Shown here: piece by piece, positions 36,988 to 48,933 of the stretch | How the letters are laid out: each line of letters opens with the position of its first letter | Numbering within the stretch: position 1 is the first letter of the stretch | Source of the DNA: Longimicrobiales bacterium | Lineage (GTDB): Bacteria; Gemmatimonadota; Gemmatimonadetes; Longimicrobiales; Gaopeijiaceae | Direction: 5' to 3' | DNA length: 64,000 nt | Assembly (NCBI GenBank): GCA_963664435.2 | Contig: CAXXKM010000002.1 | Span: 224,001 to 288,000 of the forward strand | Notes under the pieces: generated by a model | Database searches by the model: none | The model's input: only the letters and a program-made list of their open reading frames with translations | Told to the model about the DNA's origin: nothing | Program-made: the position numbers and the translations under genes

Positions 36988-37826
36988 GTCCGCCGGACGC
37001 GACTCCGCGCGAATTGCGCCGCCTTCACGACGAAGCTTCGCGCAACCGCGAGACCTTCTACCTCGATCCCGAGACCGGCCTGGCCGTCTTCACCGAATTC
37101 GGCCTGCGCCAGCGGGGCAGTTGCTGCTGGAGCGGCTGCCGCCATTGCCCCTACGAAGCTGAGCGGGCAGACACCGTGGAGGGCGGCCCGGCCGCGGAGC
37201 CTCCGCGGTGGCTCACCTCCCTGCGCCCTGCGCCCGAGCCCGTCGACGTGCTCTTCTGGAGCGGCGGCAAGGACAGTTTTCTCGGCTACCGGGCCCTGGC
37301 GCGCGAGGGGGCCCGTCCCGTCGTCCTCCTGACGACCTTCGACGCGGCCAGCCGGACGATCGCGCACCAGGAGCTGCGGGTGGACTTGGTGATCCGGCAG
37401 GCCGAGCACCTGCAGGCGCCCCTGCTGGGCGTTCCCCTTCATCCCGGCCTCGCCTACGAAGCACGCATAGCCGAGGCCGTCGCGTCGATCCCGGCGATCG
37501 CGCGTTTCGTCTTCGGCGATCTGCACCTCGAGCACATTCGCGAGTGGCGCACGGGGGCGTTCCGGGAGCTCGCGGAGAGCCGCGGCGCATCGCTACATTT
37601 CCCCATCTGGCAGGTGCCCTACGAGGCGCTGATGGCGGATCTGGAGGCCAGCGGCATCGTCTGCGAAGTGTCCGCCGTTACCGATGCGGCGCTGGGCGCG
37701 CTCGTCCCCGGCCAGCGCTTCGACCGACAGGTGATGTCGCGGCTCCCCGACGGCGTGGACCGCTTCGGCGAGAACGGGGAGTTTCACACCCTTGCAAAGG
37801 TGTGGGAGGTGGTCGACCTCCCTTGA
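36984..37826 (+). CDS. Fusion of Cys-rich DUF5522-like domain and PP-loop (diphthine-ammonia ligase/MJ0570-like) ATPase
   Basis: N-terminal FYLDPETG..VFT...RGSCCWSGCRHCPY; then WSGGKDS, FGDLHLEHIREWR and GENGEFHT. Confidence 0.8.
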   Translation: MSPPDATPRELRRLHDEASRNRETFYLDPETGLAVFTEFGLRQRGSCCWSGCRHCPYEAERADTVEGGPAAEPPRWLTSLRPAPEPVDVLFWSGGKDSFLGYRALAREGARPVVLLTTFDAASRTIAHQELRVDLVIRQAEHLQAPLLGVPLHPGLAYEARIAEAVASIPAIARFVFGDLHLEHIREWRTGAFRELAESRGASLHFPIWQVPYEALMADLEASGIVCEVSAVTDAALGALVPGQRFDRQVMSRLPDGVDRFGENGEFHTLAKVWEVVDLP

Positions 37827-37884
37827 CAGCCTTGGGCGAGCAGTGCCACTCTGTGATTGGGTGTCATACTTCATACTTGGTGAT

Positions 37885-38124
37885 ATGATGCGCACGACCA
37901 TCTCCCTTCCCGACAGCCTCGCCAACCTCGCCCGAAGCGAGGCCCGGCGGCGAGGTGTGAGTTTTTCCGCCCTCGTCCGTCTTTCCCTTGAGCGGCATTT
38001 GTGCCGATCAGCCGGAGACAGGCTGCCCTGGCAAGGCATCATCGCGGACTCCTCATACGCCGCGCGCGACCTCGATCGAGCGATGGCGGCCCGATGGCCT
38101 GACGATGTTGCTGGCGATCGTTGA
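37885..38124 (+). CDS. vapB: VapB-like ribbon-helix-helix antitoxin
   Basis: MRTTISLPD...ARRRGVSFSALVR, overlapping the PIN gene. Confidence 0.8.
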   Translation: MMRTTISLPDSLANLARSEARRRGVSFSALVRLSLERHLCRSAGDRLPWQGIIADSSYAARDLDRAMAARWPDDVAGDR

Positions 38125-38515
38125 CAGCGGACCACTCCTGGCAAGCGCGAACTCCGCCGATCCCGATCACGCGGCTTGCGTGGAAGCGCTGACCGAGTCC
38201 GGCGTCGATCTCGTCATCCCGGCTCTCTGCGTCGCGGAAGTCGCGTGGTTCCTCGGACGCCGCCACGGGGCTCAAGCGGAAAGCCGGTTCGTGGACGCCC
38301 TGTCCAGGTTCACGGTCCTGGCCCCTGACGCGAAAGATTGGCCCCGCATTGCCGGCCTCGTCCGCCAATACGCGGATCTTCCACTCGGAACCACGGACGC
38401 TTCAGTCGCGGTGCTAGCCGAAAGGCTCGCGACGACGCGGATCATTACGCTCGACAGGAGGCACTTTTCGGTGCTGCGCAACGCGCGCGGGCAAGCGTTC
38501 GATCTTCGCCCCTGA
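38105..38515 (+). CDS. vapC: VapC PIN-domain toxin
   Basis: [21 protein letters not shown] and TLDRRHF motifs. Confidence 0.9.
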   Translation: MLLAIVDSGPLLASANSADPDHAACVEALTESGVDLVIPALCVAEVAWFLGRRHGAQAESRFVDALSRFTVLAPDAKDWPRIAGLVRQYADLPLGTTDASVAVLAERLATTRIITLDRRHFSVLRNARGQAFDLRP

Positions 38516-38548
38516 GTTGGGCGGGTTCGATCTGATCCGGACCCGTTC

Positions 38549-41500
38549 TCACTTCCGCGCCAGGCGAAGCGCGTCCTCCTGCAACACCTCGTCGAGGTGG
38601 CTCGCGAGCCGGTCGGCGTCGTCTTCGTCGAAGACCAGCGGCGGCTTGATCTTCACCACGTTGTGGAGCGGGCCGTCGGTGCTGAGCAGGATGCCGCGGT
38701 CGCGCATGCGCTCGACCAGGTAGCCCGCGTGGCGGGGGGCCGGTTCGAGCGATTCGCGGTCCGTCACCAGCTCGATCCCCTGGAAGAGGCCGGTCCCGCG
38801 CGCGTCTCCCACGATCGGATGGCGTTCCACCAGGCCCTTCAGCCCAGCGAGCAGCCGCTCTCCGACGCGGCGAGCGTGGTCCTGCAGCCCTTCCTCTTCG
38901 ATCACGTCCAGAACCGCCAGGCCGATGCTGCACGACACCGGATTGCCGCCGAAGGTGTTGAAGTACTCCATCCCGTTGTTGAAGGAGTCGGCGATCTCCG
39001 GGGTGGTGACCACGGCGGCGAGCGGATGGCCGTTGCCGATGGGCTTGCCCATGGTGACGATGTCCGGCACCACGCCGTGGTCCTCGAAGGCCCAGAAGGA
39101 CGAGCCGGCCCGCCCGAACCCGACCTGCACCTCGTCGGCGATGCAGACGCCCCCGGCCGCCCGCACGCGCTCGAACGCGTCCCGCAGGAAGCCGTCCGGA
39201 AGCACGATCTGGCCGCCGCAGCTCAGGATCGACTCGAAGAGGAAGCCGGCGGGCCGTCCCCCGAGCGCGTCGATGGCGCGGCCAACCTCCTCCGCGTAGC
39301 GCGCGCCGCAATCGGGATCGGAGGACCGGTAGCGGCCGCGGTAGCCGTCCGGCATGGGGACGCACGCCACCCACGGCGGCGGCCCCGCGCCCCCGGGCCC
39401 GTCGAACTTGTAGGAGCTGAGCTGCACCAGGGAGCTGGTGTTGCCGTGGTACCCACCCTCCAGCACGACCATGCCCTCGCGGCCGGTGTGGGTGCGGGCC
39501 ATGCGCAGCGCCAGCTCGTTGGCCTCGCTCCCGGTGCAGACGAAGAAGCAGACGCCGAGCGGGTCGGGTAGTGTGCCCGCGAGACGCCGGGCGTACTCGG
39601 TGAGGCTGTCGTGCAGGTAGCGGGTGTTGGTGTTGAGCACCGCCATCTGCTCGATGCCAGCCTTCACCACGCGCGGGTGCGCGTGGCCCACCTGCGCGAC
39701 GTTGTTCACGCAGTCCAGGTACGGCTGGCCCCCGTCGTCGAACAGGTAGGCGCCGCTGCCGCGCACCATCTCCAGCGGACGACGGTAGGAGATGGAAAGC
39801 GACGGCCCGAGGAGCTGTCGGCGCGCGCCCAGCAGCTCCGGGGCCGCATTCCTGCCGGCCGGGGTCAGCTCCGGGATCCCCAGCACCAGGTTGGGATCGG
39901 GCGAGAGGCTCAGCCACACCTCGCGCTGGCCGGGGGGCGCCACGCCGGGGAAGTCGCCTTCGCGGCCCAGCAGGTCCGTCATCAGCTGGAAGTGCAGATG
40001 CGGGGCCCAGTCTCCGTTCTCCGGATACGGCCCGATTCTGCCGATTTCGTCTCCGGCGGCGATCTGCTGCCCGGGCTCGAGCCCCGCCAGGGAATCGCGC
40101 GACAGGTGGCCGTAAAGAGTGTACCACGCCCCGACCTCACCGGCGTCGGCTCGCGCGCCTGAGTCGGCCGCCCCCCCGGCTTCTCGCGCGCCTTCTTCGC
40201 GTGCCTCGTGCCGCAGAACGATGGTCGGCCCGTAGTCGAGGTGCGCATCGTTGTCGCGGAAACTGTGCACGGTCGCGGCGAAAGGAGCGTGGACCGGCGT
40301 GCCGGGTTCGGCGAAGAGGTCGATGCCCACATGGACGGTTCGCCGCTCGAGGCCGTCTTCCCCCTGGATGGCGAAGGCGTCGGAATCGTACCACCGGCGC
40401 GCTTCGTCATAGCGTCCGACGCCCACGCCGGCCCCGACGGCGCGCATGTGCCGGAACAGCAGATCGGTCCAGCCGCGCGCATCGAGGTCGCCCGTGGTTC
40501 CGAGCCATCGGCTGCCGACGCTCAGGTCGAAGACGGTGTGCGGACCCTCGGCCAGCGCTCGCGGCAGGACCGGCGCGAAACAGCCCTCGTCACGGCGGCG
40601 CTCGAGCCAGGCGCGCAGCGGCCCTGTCCGCGGACACGCTTCCAGGTTACACGCCTCGCGCAACCGGTAATGGACGAAGTCCGGGTGGAACTCCTCCCCG
40701 CGGTCGAGGCGTTCCAGAAGTTCCCAGACGTGCGTTTCGCTGATGCTCAGATACTCGTTGCCCGGCTCCCGGGCCCGCTGGTAGGCAGCCATGGTCGCGC
40801 TCAGGCAGAGCCGCATCCCGGTGAGCGGAAAGACCGCGGCGATTTCCTCCTCCCCGAGGGAATACTCCTCGTGGAAGCCGCTCACGAGCTGCGCCAGGGC
40901 CCCGACGGGATCGCGCTTGGAAAGCATCGCGTAGGCTCCCGCGACTGCCGGTTCGGAAGCCAGCCAGGTGCGCATGGCATCGCCGAAGTCGATGATGCCG
41001 GTGACGCGCCGATCGCCGTAGCGGCCCCCCGGCGGCGTCTCCTCGGCCCGGTTGGCCAGCACGTTGTAGTCGTTGGCGTCCCCGTGCACCACCTGGGTTC
41101 GAAGGGCCGGGATCAGGGGCGCCAGCCGCTTCTCGCAGTCCGCCATCCTGCGGCGTAGCAATGCCCGGCGGTCCTTCGCCTTCACGGTCCCCACCCGCTC
41201 CTCGAAGATGGCGGACGCGGTGCGCAGGTCCCAGTGGAAGCCGGTCTCGGACGCCGGATGCTCGAAATCGGCGAGCGCGGCGTCCAGGCGGGCCAGCAGG
41301 CCTCCCCAGGAGCGCAACAGCTCCAGACTCTGCGGGCGTACCTCGGCAACCGGCACCCCGGGCAGCCAGGTGACGAGACGGAGGGGGTAGTGGATGCCCT
41401 CCTTCTCGATGGACGAAAGTGTGGCTCCGTCCAGATCCGGAAGAACAGCGGGAAATGGTGATCGCAGCGATTCACTGTCGCGTCCATCGCGCGGCAAGCG

Positions 41501-41857
41501 GGTACGGGGATCCGCCGATGCCGCGATGGAGCCGGCAGCAGGCATGCCGTCACCGACGCCGTCGCGCCGAGCCCATCGCTGCGCCAAGCGGGCGAGAATC
41601 GTGTTTTGCATCGCCAGGGAAGCTTCGTCTTCCTCAGAGTTGGCGATCTTGAGGATGCAGGCTTCGCAGTCAGCGGACTCCCCGCCGGCCAGCAACGGAA
41701 CCCGGTCCTTCGGGTCGACCCGCCCGCCATGCCCGCGCGGGCGCAAGAGGAAGTTCTGGTCCCGCTCGCTGGGGAGTTCCTTGGCGCGGACCGCGAGGCC
41801 GTAGCGTTCGATGGCCAGCGTCTCGGCTCGTTCGGGGGTGAAGCTGGGACGGTTCAT
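38549..41857 (-). CDS. Triple fusion: APH-family (hydroxylysine-kinase-like) + M23-like + class III PLP (phospho-lyase-like) domain
   Basis: [19 protein letters not shown] and IIDFGD; HVGIDL, YGHL and [29 protein letters not shown] and GKPIGNGHP. Confidence 0.88.
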   Translation of the reverse strand: MNRPSFTPERAETLAIERYGLAVRAKELPSERDQNFLLRPRGHGGRVDPKDRVPLLAGGESADCEACILKIANSEEDEASLAMQNTILARLAQRWARRDGVGDGMPAAGSIAASADPRTRLPRDGRDSESLRSPFPAVLPDLDGATLSSIEKEGIHYPLRLVTWLPGVPVAEVRPQSLELLRSWGGLLARLDAALADFEHPASETGFHWDLRTASAIFEERVGTVKAKDRRALLRRRMADCEKRLAPLIPALRTQVVHGDANDYNVLANRAEETPPGGRYGDRRVTGIIDFGDAMRTWLASEPAVAGAYAMLSKRDPVGALAQLVSGFHEEYSLGEEEIAAVFPLTGMRLCLSATMAAYQRAREPGNEYLSISETHVWELLERLDRGEEFHPDFVHYRLREACNLEACPRTGPLRAWLERRRDEGCFAPVLPRALAEGPHTVFDLSVGSRWLGTTGDLDARGWTDLLFRHMRAVGAGVGVGRYDEARRWYDSDAFAIQGEDGLERRTVHVGIDLFAEPGTPVHAPFAATVHSFRDNDAHLDYGPTIVLRHEAREEGAREAGGAADSGARADAGEVGAWYTLYGHLSRDSLAGLEPGQQIAAGDEIGRIGPYPENGDWAPHLHFQLMTDLLGREGDFPGVAPPGQREVWLSLSPDPNLVLGIPELTPAGRNAAPELLGARRQLLGPSLSISYRRPLEMVRGSGAYLFDDGGQPYLDCVNNVAQVGHAHPRVVKAGIEQMAVLNTNTRYLHDSLTEYARRLAGTLPDPLGVCFFVCTGSEANELALRMARTHTGREGMVVLEGGYHGNTSSLVQLSSYKFDGPGGAGPPPWVACVPMPDGYRGRYRSSDPDCGARYAEEVGRAIDALGGRPAGFLFESILSCGGQIVLPDGFLRDAFERVRAAGGVCIADEVQVGFGRAGSSFWAFEDHGVVPDIVTMGKPIGNGHPLAAVVTTPEIADSFNNGMEYFNTFGGNPVSCSIGLAVLDVIEEEGLQDHARRVGERLLAGLKGLVERHPIVGDARGTGLFQGIELVTDRESLEPAPRHAGYLVERMRDRGILLSTDGPLHNVVKIKPPLVFDEDDADRLASHLDEVLQEDALRLARK

Positions 41858-42171
41858 GGCTCGCAATGCGGAGTCCGGCTTGCTCCTCGCTGGTTTCGCT
41901 CGCGTGATGTTGGACAGTTCTCGGAATCGAACGCTCCATAGTCGCCTGGCCGGCGTGCGACGGCAAAAAAGAGACGGCGGGATGGGATGCGCCTACTGGA
42001 AAATACCGCCGGCGGGCCGGCGCCGCCTCGGCGCACCTCCGTTACCGCCATGCCGGCTTCCATGCTCAGCCGTCACGCGTGAGTTGATCCGCGTCCACCC
42101 CAAGACCATCTTGGGCGTCATGAAACATCATCAGACGGGAAACCCGACGCGGCGGGGGCCAAGGAAGCGGC

Positions 42172-43359
42172 ATGCTGTTCCGTAGACTCACGGTCAAGGG
42201 GCTGCTGTCCTTCGGGCCGAAAGGGATCGATCTTCCCCTGGAACCGCTGAACGTTCTAATCGGCCCCAATGGTTCTGGGAAAACCAACCTCTTGGAAGCC
42301 TTGGCGGTGTTGCAGGCTGCGCCCGGCAACCTGAGTGAGCCGTTCGTCACCGACGGCATTGTCGAGTGGCTCTGGAAGGGACCGAATGCGCGTGATTCAT
42401 GCACCATTGAGGTCTCGATACGCGACAGCAGCCGCTCGATGAAGCACTCCCTGACGTTGACCCACCACGCAGGACACCCGGTCATAAAGGACGAAAGGCT
42501 GGAATCGCGGACGATGCCCGATCAGGATGACGACTCCCTGCGTTTCCGTCGTTCTCGCGAGGACGGTTGGCCAACCGAAGCAGCGGGACGATTCATCGTT
42601 GATATGCGAGAATCGGAGTCAAAGCCGAGAAACCTGATTCTATTCGATGCCGCCTATCACCCCGAAATGTCATTCGTTTCGCTCGTAAGCCCACCCGACT
42701 TCCCCGAGCTTTGGCGACTAAAGGAACAATACACGCGCATCAGTCTCTTTCGGGACTGGTCCTTTGGGCCAAAAGCGGGATCGCGCCAATCCCCGAGCGC
42801 CCATGACCGCGCGGACTTTCTGAGCGAGGGCGGAGCGAACCTGCCTGTGGTGCTCTCGCACTTCCACGGTGAATCCAAGGCGCGAATGGTTAAGGCGCTG
42901 CGGCAGCTGTCGGGTGACATCATGGACTTCAGCTGCTCCGTGGCGGGCGGCAGGGTATTGCTCTTCCTTACGGAGCGTGGATCTCGGCTCATCCCCGCAA
43001 CCCGCCTCTCCGACGGCACACTCCGCTATCTGTGCCTGCTCGCCATACTGCTGCACCCTGAACCACCCCCACTCGTCGCTATCGAGGAACCGGAGCTCGG
43101 GCTTCACCCCGACTTGTTGCCGACGCTGGCCGATCTCCTGGTCGATGCGTCCCAACGCACGCAATTGGTCGTTACGACCCACTCCGACATCCTGGTGGAT
43201 GCGCTGACCGAGAAGCCGGAGAGCATCGTGGTGTGTGAAAAACACGACGGCCAAACCGAAATGCGCCGGCTGGACAGGAACGACCTGGAGAAGTGGCTCA
43301 AGGACTACCGCCTTGGCGAGCTTTGGACCTCGGGAGAGTTGGGCGGCAACCGTTGGTGA
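42172..43359 (+). CDS. AAA_21/ABC-type ATPase (COG4637-like)
   Basis: GPNGSGKTN, LSDGT, IEEPELGLHP and TTHS motifs; C-terminal LGELW..GELGG. Confidence 0.9.
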   Translation: MLFRRLTVKGLLSFGPKGIDLPLEPLNVLIGPNGSGKTNLLEALAVLQAAPGNLSEPFVTDGIVEWLWKGPNARDSCTIEVSIRDSSRSMKHSLTLTHHAGHPVIKDERLESRTMPDQDDDSLRFRRSREDGWPTEAAGRFIVDMRESESKPRNLILFDAAYHPEMSFVSLVSPPDFPELWRLKEQYTRISLFRDWSFGPKAGSRQSPSAHDRADFLSEGGANLPVVLSHFHGESKARMVKALRQLSGDIMDFSCSVAGGRVLLFLTERGSRLIPATRLSDGTLRYLCLLAILLHPEPPPLVAIEEPELGLHPDLLPTLADLLVDASQRTQLVVTTHSDILVDALTEKPESIVVCEKHDGQTEMRRLDRNDLEKWLKDYRLGELWTSGELGGNRW

Positions 43360-43952
43360 CCGCCAAGCTGTACATCGAGGGCGGTGGGGAAAGGTCGAAG
43401 AGCCAAGCGGCGCGTTTCCGTCAGGGTTGGAATCGCTTCTTCGAGAAGGTCGGGGTAGGTGGGCGTGTCAAGATCGTGCGCGGTGGAAGCCGCGATCGCA
43501 CCTTTGACCGGTTTGTCAGTGCGGTTTCGGAACCCTCGCATGACGATTTGCCCATTCTCGTTGTCGACAGCGAAAGCGTCGTTCAGCCGGAACATTCTGT
43601 CTGGGAGCATTTGAGGACGAGAGACAACTGGCGCCAGCCGCAGAACGCGGGCGACGATCAAGCCTTCCTGATGGTCCAGTTCATGGAAACCTGGTTCCTG
43701 GCCGATCGCGAGGCGTTGCAACGCTACTTCGGTGCAGGCTTTCGGAAGAAGAAACTGAAGCAGTGGCCTCGGTTGGAAGCGGTGGGAAAGGCGGCCGTCC
43801 TGACCGCACTTGACCAAGCCACGTCAAAATGTTCGAAGCCCTACGGGAAGGGCAGAGCCTCCTTTGAGCTACTGGGGACGATCGATCCCGGTCGGGTCGC
43901 GCAAGCGTGTCCTCATGCCAAGTCACTGATGGATCGCCTCAAGGAGCTTTAG
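43356..43952 (+). CDS. DUF4276-like (TOPRIM/RloB-like) protein
   Basis: LYIEGGG, VVDSE, METWFLAD and YGKG motifs; GTGA-coupled to the ATPase. Confidence 0.8.
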   Translation: MTAKLYIEGGGERSKSQAARFRQGWNRFFEKVGVGGRVKIVRGGSRDRTFDRFVSAVSEPSHDDLPILVVDSESVVQPEHSVWEHLRTRDNWRQPQNAGDDQAFLMVQFMETWFLADREALQRYFGAGFRKKKLKQWPRLEAVGKAAVLTALDQATSKCSKPYGKGRASFELLGTIDPGRVAQACPHAKSLMDRLKEL

Positions 43953-44021
43953 CAACGTCCGCCTGAGCCAATCCGACTCGCCCTGCTCGAGCGAACCACC
44001 CCTTATCCCTTCCCCGCCACC

Positions 44022-45494
44022 TCACCCATCTCCCAGCGCCCGCCGCAGGAACTTCGCCGCGCGCGGGATGACGCCGTTCAAGTCGAAGACCTCGTGTCCG
44101 GCGCCCTCGTAGATGAACGCCTCGAATTCCGGCGGTTGCCGCCCCAGCGCCTCCATGACCCGGATCAGGGAATGCGCCTGGCTTACGGAGACGGTCTCGT
44201 CGACGACTCCGTGATGCAGCTGGACGGCAGGCAGATCCTCGGCGAAAAGCACGGCGGAGCGGCGAACCAGCTCCAGGCGAACCCTGCCAAGTTCCATCCG
44301 ACCGCCCAGATAGGGCTGGACGAGTGTGGAATCCATGTGCGCGACCCCGGTGAGTTCGCGCGGCATTCCCAGCGCCGCCTCGCGCACGATCTCCCGCACC
44401 CATTGGTCGAAAAAGTCGGTGGGACCGAACAGGGTGATGATGTTCTCGACCCGTTCGTCCCGAATTCCGGCCAGCAGAGCCACGCCTCCGCCCCGGCTGC
44501 CTCCCAGGAGGCTGAGGCCTTCGGGTTTCGCCTGCGGGGTCAGCGCCAGCGCCACGTTCAGGAGCGCCAGGGCATCGTCCACGTCGTAGTCCCAGTGCCC
44601 GCCGGGGCCTGTCGAGGTCCACTCCCGGTCGCCGTGCCGCAAGGGCTCGCTGCGATACGACGGAATCACGTACACGAAGCTGTCGCGCAGCTCCCCGAGC
44701 GCGAAGGCGAGGAACTGGACATCGTCCACGTCAACGCCGTTGTCGCCGCCGTGCAGGTACATCAGGACGGGCAGGCTGGCCGCCCGCCTCGTCTTCGGGG
44801 CGACGATCGCTCCGTAGTGACGCACCTCGCCGACCAGGTGGGACACCACGCGCAGCGTCGCCGGGGAACCAAAGAGAGAATAGGCCTCGGTCAACTCGAT
44901 GGTCAGGCCGGCGGGCGAAATGTCGCGGTCCGCCCAGTCGGCGCGCACGGCCGCGATCTCCGCAGCGGTGGCCGGCGCGAAAAGGACCTCGAGTTCGGCT
45001 TCCAGGTCGATCGCGTTGGCAGTGACCGCCGTCGCGGCCAGGCCCGCCGCGACCAGGAGCGTCTGGACGCCGGGATCGGGTCCGATCGTCCACGTGATCG
45101 ACACGTCGCCGTTCTGGTCGGTGGTGGCTCGACCCGGCTCCACCCCGCCGCTCCCCGGGGTCGTCACGAAGTCGACGGAGATGCCGGGAACCGGAAGTCC
45201 GTCCGCATCCAGCGCGCGGAACACGATCGGTTCGTCGAGCCGGGTGCCGATCAAGGCCGGCTGACCTCCGCCGGACACGACGGTGATGGCGACCGCCGAG
45301 GGCCCGGGGTCGAGCTCGACCGGATCGCTGGTCCGTTCGCACCCCGCCAGTACTGTGAGCGTCAGCAGCGCCGGCAGCGGGCGCCAGCGTCCCGGCCGCG
45401 CGGCCTTCCGGCGAAACAACGCGGTCGCGGGTCGCACAGGCGGGCCGAACACCTCGTGGTGCACGGCACGGGTTGTCCGGAGCCGGGGTGTCAT
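44022..45494 (-). CDS. Lipoprotein with Ig-like domain and alpha/beta hydrolase (S9-like) domain
   Basis: Lipobox LAGC, Big_1-like VVSGGGQ...TTDQNG segment, LHGG, GGSRGG elbow, HG..D..V and GAGH. Start uncertain. Confidence 0.8.
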   Translation of the reverse strand: MTPRLRTTRAVHHEVFGPPVRPATALFRRKAARPGRWRPLPALLTLTVLAGCERTSDPVELDPGPSAVAITVVSGGGQPALIGTRLDEPIVFRALDADGLPVPGISVDFVTTPGSGGVEPGRATTDQNGDVSITWTIGPDPGVQTLLVAAGLAATAVTANAIDLEAELEVLFAPATAAEIAAVRADWADRDISPAGLTIELTEAYSLFGSPATLRVVSHLVGEVRHYGAIVAPKTRRAASLPVLMYLHGGDNGVDVDDVQFLAFALGELRDSFVYVIPSYRSEPLRHGDREWTSTGPGGHWDYDVDDALALLNVALALTPQAKPEGLSLLGGSRGGGVALLAGIRDERVENIITLFGPTDFFDQWVREIVREAALGMPRELTGVAHMDSTLVQPYLGGRMELGRVRLELVRRSAVLFAEDLPAVQLHHGVVDETVSVSQAHSLIRVMEALGRQPPEFEAFIYEGAGHEVFDLNGVIPRAAKFLRRALGDG

Positions 45495-45688
45495 TCGGCT
45501 ATCGGCACTGCTCGGCAAATCAAGCCTCCTCAAATCGCGCTCGCCGGTTTCTCGTCCCATGGCATCCGCTTGCCGGGAACGATAACCCCAACCGTGTCCC
45601 AGCGGCGCATGGCTCTTCCGCTTGCCCGCACGGGAGGCGGAGACCCACATTCGCGCGGTCCGTCAGGCGATTCAACCCGGAGGCCTCC

Positions 45689-47401
45689 ATGTCCCCAGGC
45701 GTTCAAGCCGCGCTCGCGCTCCTCCCCATTTTCATCGGAGGAACCCTGCTCGTCGGATTCCGGGTGCCGGCGAAGTTCGCGATGCCCATCGCCTACGTCT
45801 CGGCCGTCGTCGTGGCGCTGACGGCGTGGCAGGTGGCCCCGGTGCGCGTCGCGGCGTCTTCCGTCCAGGGGCTGTTCCTGACCTTCGATCTGCTGGTCAT
45901 CATCTTCGGCGCGATTCTGCTGCTGAATACGCTGGAACAGTCCGGGGGCGTCTCGGCCATCCGGCGCAGTTTCCGCAGCATCAGCGAGGACCGCCGGGTC
46001 CAGATCATCATCATCGCCTGGCTGTTCGGATCCTTCATCGAGGGGGCCGCCGGGTTCGGCACGCCGGCTGCGGTGGCCGCGCCGCTCATGGTGGCGATGG
46101 GCTTTCCGGCCGCCGGGGCCGTGATGATCGGCATGATGATCCAGAGCACCGCGGTGACCTTCGGCGCCGTGGGCACGCCCGTGCTGGTGGGGGTGCAGGG
46201 CGGCCTGGGGGGAGAGGCCTTCGACGCCCAGCTCCTGGCCGCCGGCATCACCATGGACGAGTTCCTGCGCCTGGTGACCGACCGGGTCGTGGTCCTGCAT
46301 GCCATCGCGGGCACCCTGATGCCCACCTTCATGATCGTCATGACCACCCGGTTCTTCGGCGCCAACCGGTCGTGGACGGAAGGGCTGTCGATCTTCCCCT
46401 TCGCGCTCTTCGCGGGGGTCGCGTTCACCGTCCCCTACATGTTCACGGGCTGGCTCCTGGGACCGGAGTTTCCCGCGCTGCTCGGGGCACCGGTCGGCCT
46501 CGCGATCGTGATCTTCGCCGCGCGCCGGGGTTTCCTGATCCCGGACGACACATGGGACTTTCCGGAGCGGAGCCGCTGGGGCCGGGGCTGGGCCAGCGGG
46601 CTGGAGGCCCGGCAGGACCTGGACGACGACGACAGGCGGGTTACGGTGGGCATGGCCTGGGCGCCCTACGCGCTTCTGGCGGTGCTGCTGGTGCTGAGCC
46701 GGCTGGCGGCGCTGCCCGTACAGGACTGGCTGCGCACGCCCGCCATCACCTGGGCGAACGTCTTCGGGACCGACATCACCGCCACCACCACCCCGCTCTA
46801 CCTTCCCGGCACCATCCTGATCGCGGTGGTCGCCGTGACCTTCTTCCTGCACCGCATGAAGTTTGCCGAGCTGCAGCGCGCGTTCACCAAGTCGTCGCGC
46901 GTGCTCCTCGGGGCCGGTTTCGTGCTCATCTTCACCGTGCCGATGGTACGCATCTACATCCAGTCGGGCGTGAACGCGGCCGACCTGGTAAGCATGCCCA
47001 TCGCCATGGCCGCCTGGGTTGCGGACAACGTGGGGCAGGTGTGGCCGCTGTTCGCCGGCGTCACCGGGGCGCTGGGAGCCTTCATCGCCGGGTCGAACAC
47101 GGTCAGCAACCTCATGTTCTCGCTCTTCCAGCACGGCGTCGCGGAGAGGCTGGCGGTGTCGAGCGCGATGATCGTGGCGCTGCAGGCGGTCGGGGCCGCG
47201 GCCGGAAACATGATCGCGATCCACAACGTGGTCGCCGCATCCGCCACCGTGGGCCTGCTGGGTCAGGAGGGGGTCACGCTGCGCAAGACCATCCTGCCCA
47301 CCATCTACTACCTGACCGTCATCGGCGTGCTGGGGCTGATCGCCGTGCACCTCATCGGCCTGGCCGATCCACTTATGGTGGCGAGCGGCGGAAGTCCCTA
47401 A
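45689..47401 (+). CDS. lctP: L-lactate permease family transporter
   Basis: [27 protein letters not shown] and [10 protein letters not shown] motifs; GGAGG RBS. Confidence 0.92.
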   Translation: MSPGVQAALALLPIFIGGTLLVGFRVPAKFAMPIAYVSAVVVALTAWQVAPVRVAASSVQGLFLTFDLLVIIFGAILLLNTLEQSGGVSAIRRSFRSISEDRRVQIIIIAWLFGSFIEGAAGFGTPAAVAAPLMVAMGFPAAGAVMIGMMIQSTAVTFGAVGTPVLVGVQGGLGGEAFDAQLLAAGITMDEFLRLVTDRVVVLHAIAGTLMPTFMIVMTTRFFGANRSWTEGLSIFPFALFAGVAFTVPYMFTGWLLGPEFPALLGAPVGLAIVIFAARRGFLIPDDTWDFPERSRWGRGWASGLEARQDLDDDDRRVTVGMAWAPYALLAVLLVLSRLAALPVQDWLRTPAITWANVFGTDITATTTPLYLPGTILIAVVAVTFFLHRMKFAELQRAFTKSSRVLLGAGFVLIFTVPMVRIYIQSGVNAADLVSMPIAMAAWVADNVGQVWPLFAGVTGALGAFIAGSNTVSNLMFSLFQHGVAERLAVSSAMIVALQAVGAAAGNMIAIHNVVAASATVGLLGQEGVTLRKTILPTIYYLTVIGVLGLIAVHLIGLADPLMVASGGSP

Positions 47402-47622
47402 GCCACGTTGCGAGCCGGCGAGGCGGCTGATCCGGGCGCCGATCGATCCGGAAATCATCCAACCGGTTACCCCCGGACGGCTGTCCGGCGCGGACACGGT
47501 TCGGCGCGGGAATCCTTGACCGGGGTGTGGCGGGCCAATCTCTTGGATGAGGGGAGTCGCCGCGTTCAGGCTCGCCTCGCGGACCCCGCCCGAAGCTTCG
47601 CCCCGAACAAGGACGGTCTCGC

Positions 47623-48933
47623 ATGTCCGACTCTCGACGACACGGCTTCATCCACGGCATCGCCGCTCCGCTGCTTGTCCTCACCCTCGCCGGCTGCGCG
47701 CCCGCCGACGCGCCATCGCCGGATCGCGTGGTCGCTTTCACCGGCATGCGCCTCATCGACGGGCTCGGCGGCGCGCCGGTCGATGACGCGGCGATGGTGG
47801 TGCGGGACGGGCGCATCGAAGCGGTGGGCCCGGCGGCCGGGATGGAAATCCCCGAGGGCGCCGAACAGATCGACCTGAGCGGCCGACATGTGGTGCCCGG
47901 ACTCATCAACACCCACGGCCACGTGGGCCGCTCGGCCGTCGTCGGGCTGGAAAGGGAGGCCGCCGACGAGGCCGTCCGCGACGAACTCCGGCTGTACGCG
48001 GCCTACGGCGTGACCACTGTGAACAGCCTGGGCGGGGGCGTGGAGCCGAGCATGCGCGTGCGCGACGCCCAGAGGGACAACCCCGGCCTCAACTACGCCC
48101 GCCTGCTCATGTCCGGCCCCGTCCTCACGGGCTCAACCCCTGACGAAGTGCGCGCACAAATCGAGGAGAACTCCCGCCTGATCCCCGACTGGCTCAAGCT
48201 GCGCGTCGACGACAATCTGGGCTCCTCGACCAAGATGCCGCCCGAGGCCTATCGGACGGCCATCGACGAAGCTCACGCCATGGGCCTCCGCCTCGCTTCC
48301 CACATGTTCTACCTCGAAGACGCCAAGAACCTGCTGCGCTCGGGCAGCGACTTCCTCGCCCACAGCGTGCGCGACACGAACATCGACCAGGAGTTCGTCG
48401 ACCTCGTCATGGAGACGGGCGTGTGCTACTGCCCGACCCTGACCCGCGAAGTGTCCACTTTCGTGTACCGCGAGCGCCCCGTCTTCTTCGACGATCCGTT
48501 CTTCACCCGTTACGCCAACGCCGAGGAAGTGGCCACTCTGCTGGACGAGGAGCGCATGAACTCGGTCCGGGAAAGCCGCTCTGCGGCGCTGTACGAGGAA
48601 GCGCTGGCCGTGGCGCTGGGCAACGTGAAGGCGGCGGTCGACGCGGGTATCATCGTGGCCATGGGCACCGACACCGGGCCGTTCGGCCGCTTCCAGGGCT
48701 ACTTCGAGCACATGGAGATGGAGCTCATGGCCGCCGCCGGGCTCTCCCCGTCCCAGATTCTCGCCTCTGCCACCGGGGACGCCGCAGCGTGCCTCGAACT
48801 GGACGACGTGGGCACGCTCGAGGCCGGCAAGTGGGCCGACTTCGTCGTCGTCAGCGACGATCCCCTCGCCGACATCATGAACCTGCGCTCCATCGAGTCG
48901 GTGTGGATCGCGGGAAACCAGGTGGAGCGCTGA
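47623..48933 (+). CDS. Amidohydrolase family lipoprotein
   Basis: Lipobox LAGC, PGLINTHGH, GVTT, GTD and GTLEAGKWADFVV motifs. Confidence 0.88.
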   Translation: MSDSRRHGFIHGIAAPLLVLTLAGCAPADAPSPDRVVAFTGMRLIDGLGGAPVDDAAMVVRDGRIEAVGPAAGMEIPEGAEQIDLSGRHVVPGLINTHGHVGRSAVVGLEREAADEAVRDELRLYAAYGVTTVNSLGGGVEPSMRVRDAQRDNPGLNYARLLMSGPVLTGSTPDEVRAQIEENSRLIPDWLKLRVDDNLGSSTKMPPEAYRTAIDEAHAMGLRLASHMFYLEDAKNLLRSGSDFLAHSVRDTNIDQEFVDLVMETGVCYCPTLTREVSTFVYRERPVFFDDPFFTRYANAEEVATLLDEERMNSVRESRSAALYEEALAVALGNVKAAVDAGIIVAMGTDTGPFGRFQGYFEHMEMELMAAAGLSPSQILASATGDAAACLELDDVGTLEAGKWADFVVVSDDPLADIMNLRSIESVWIAGNQVER

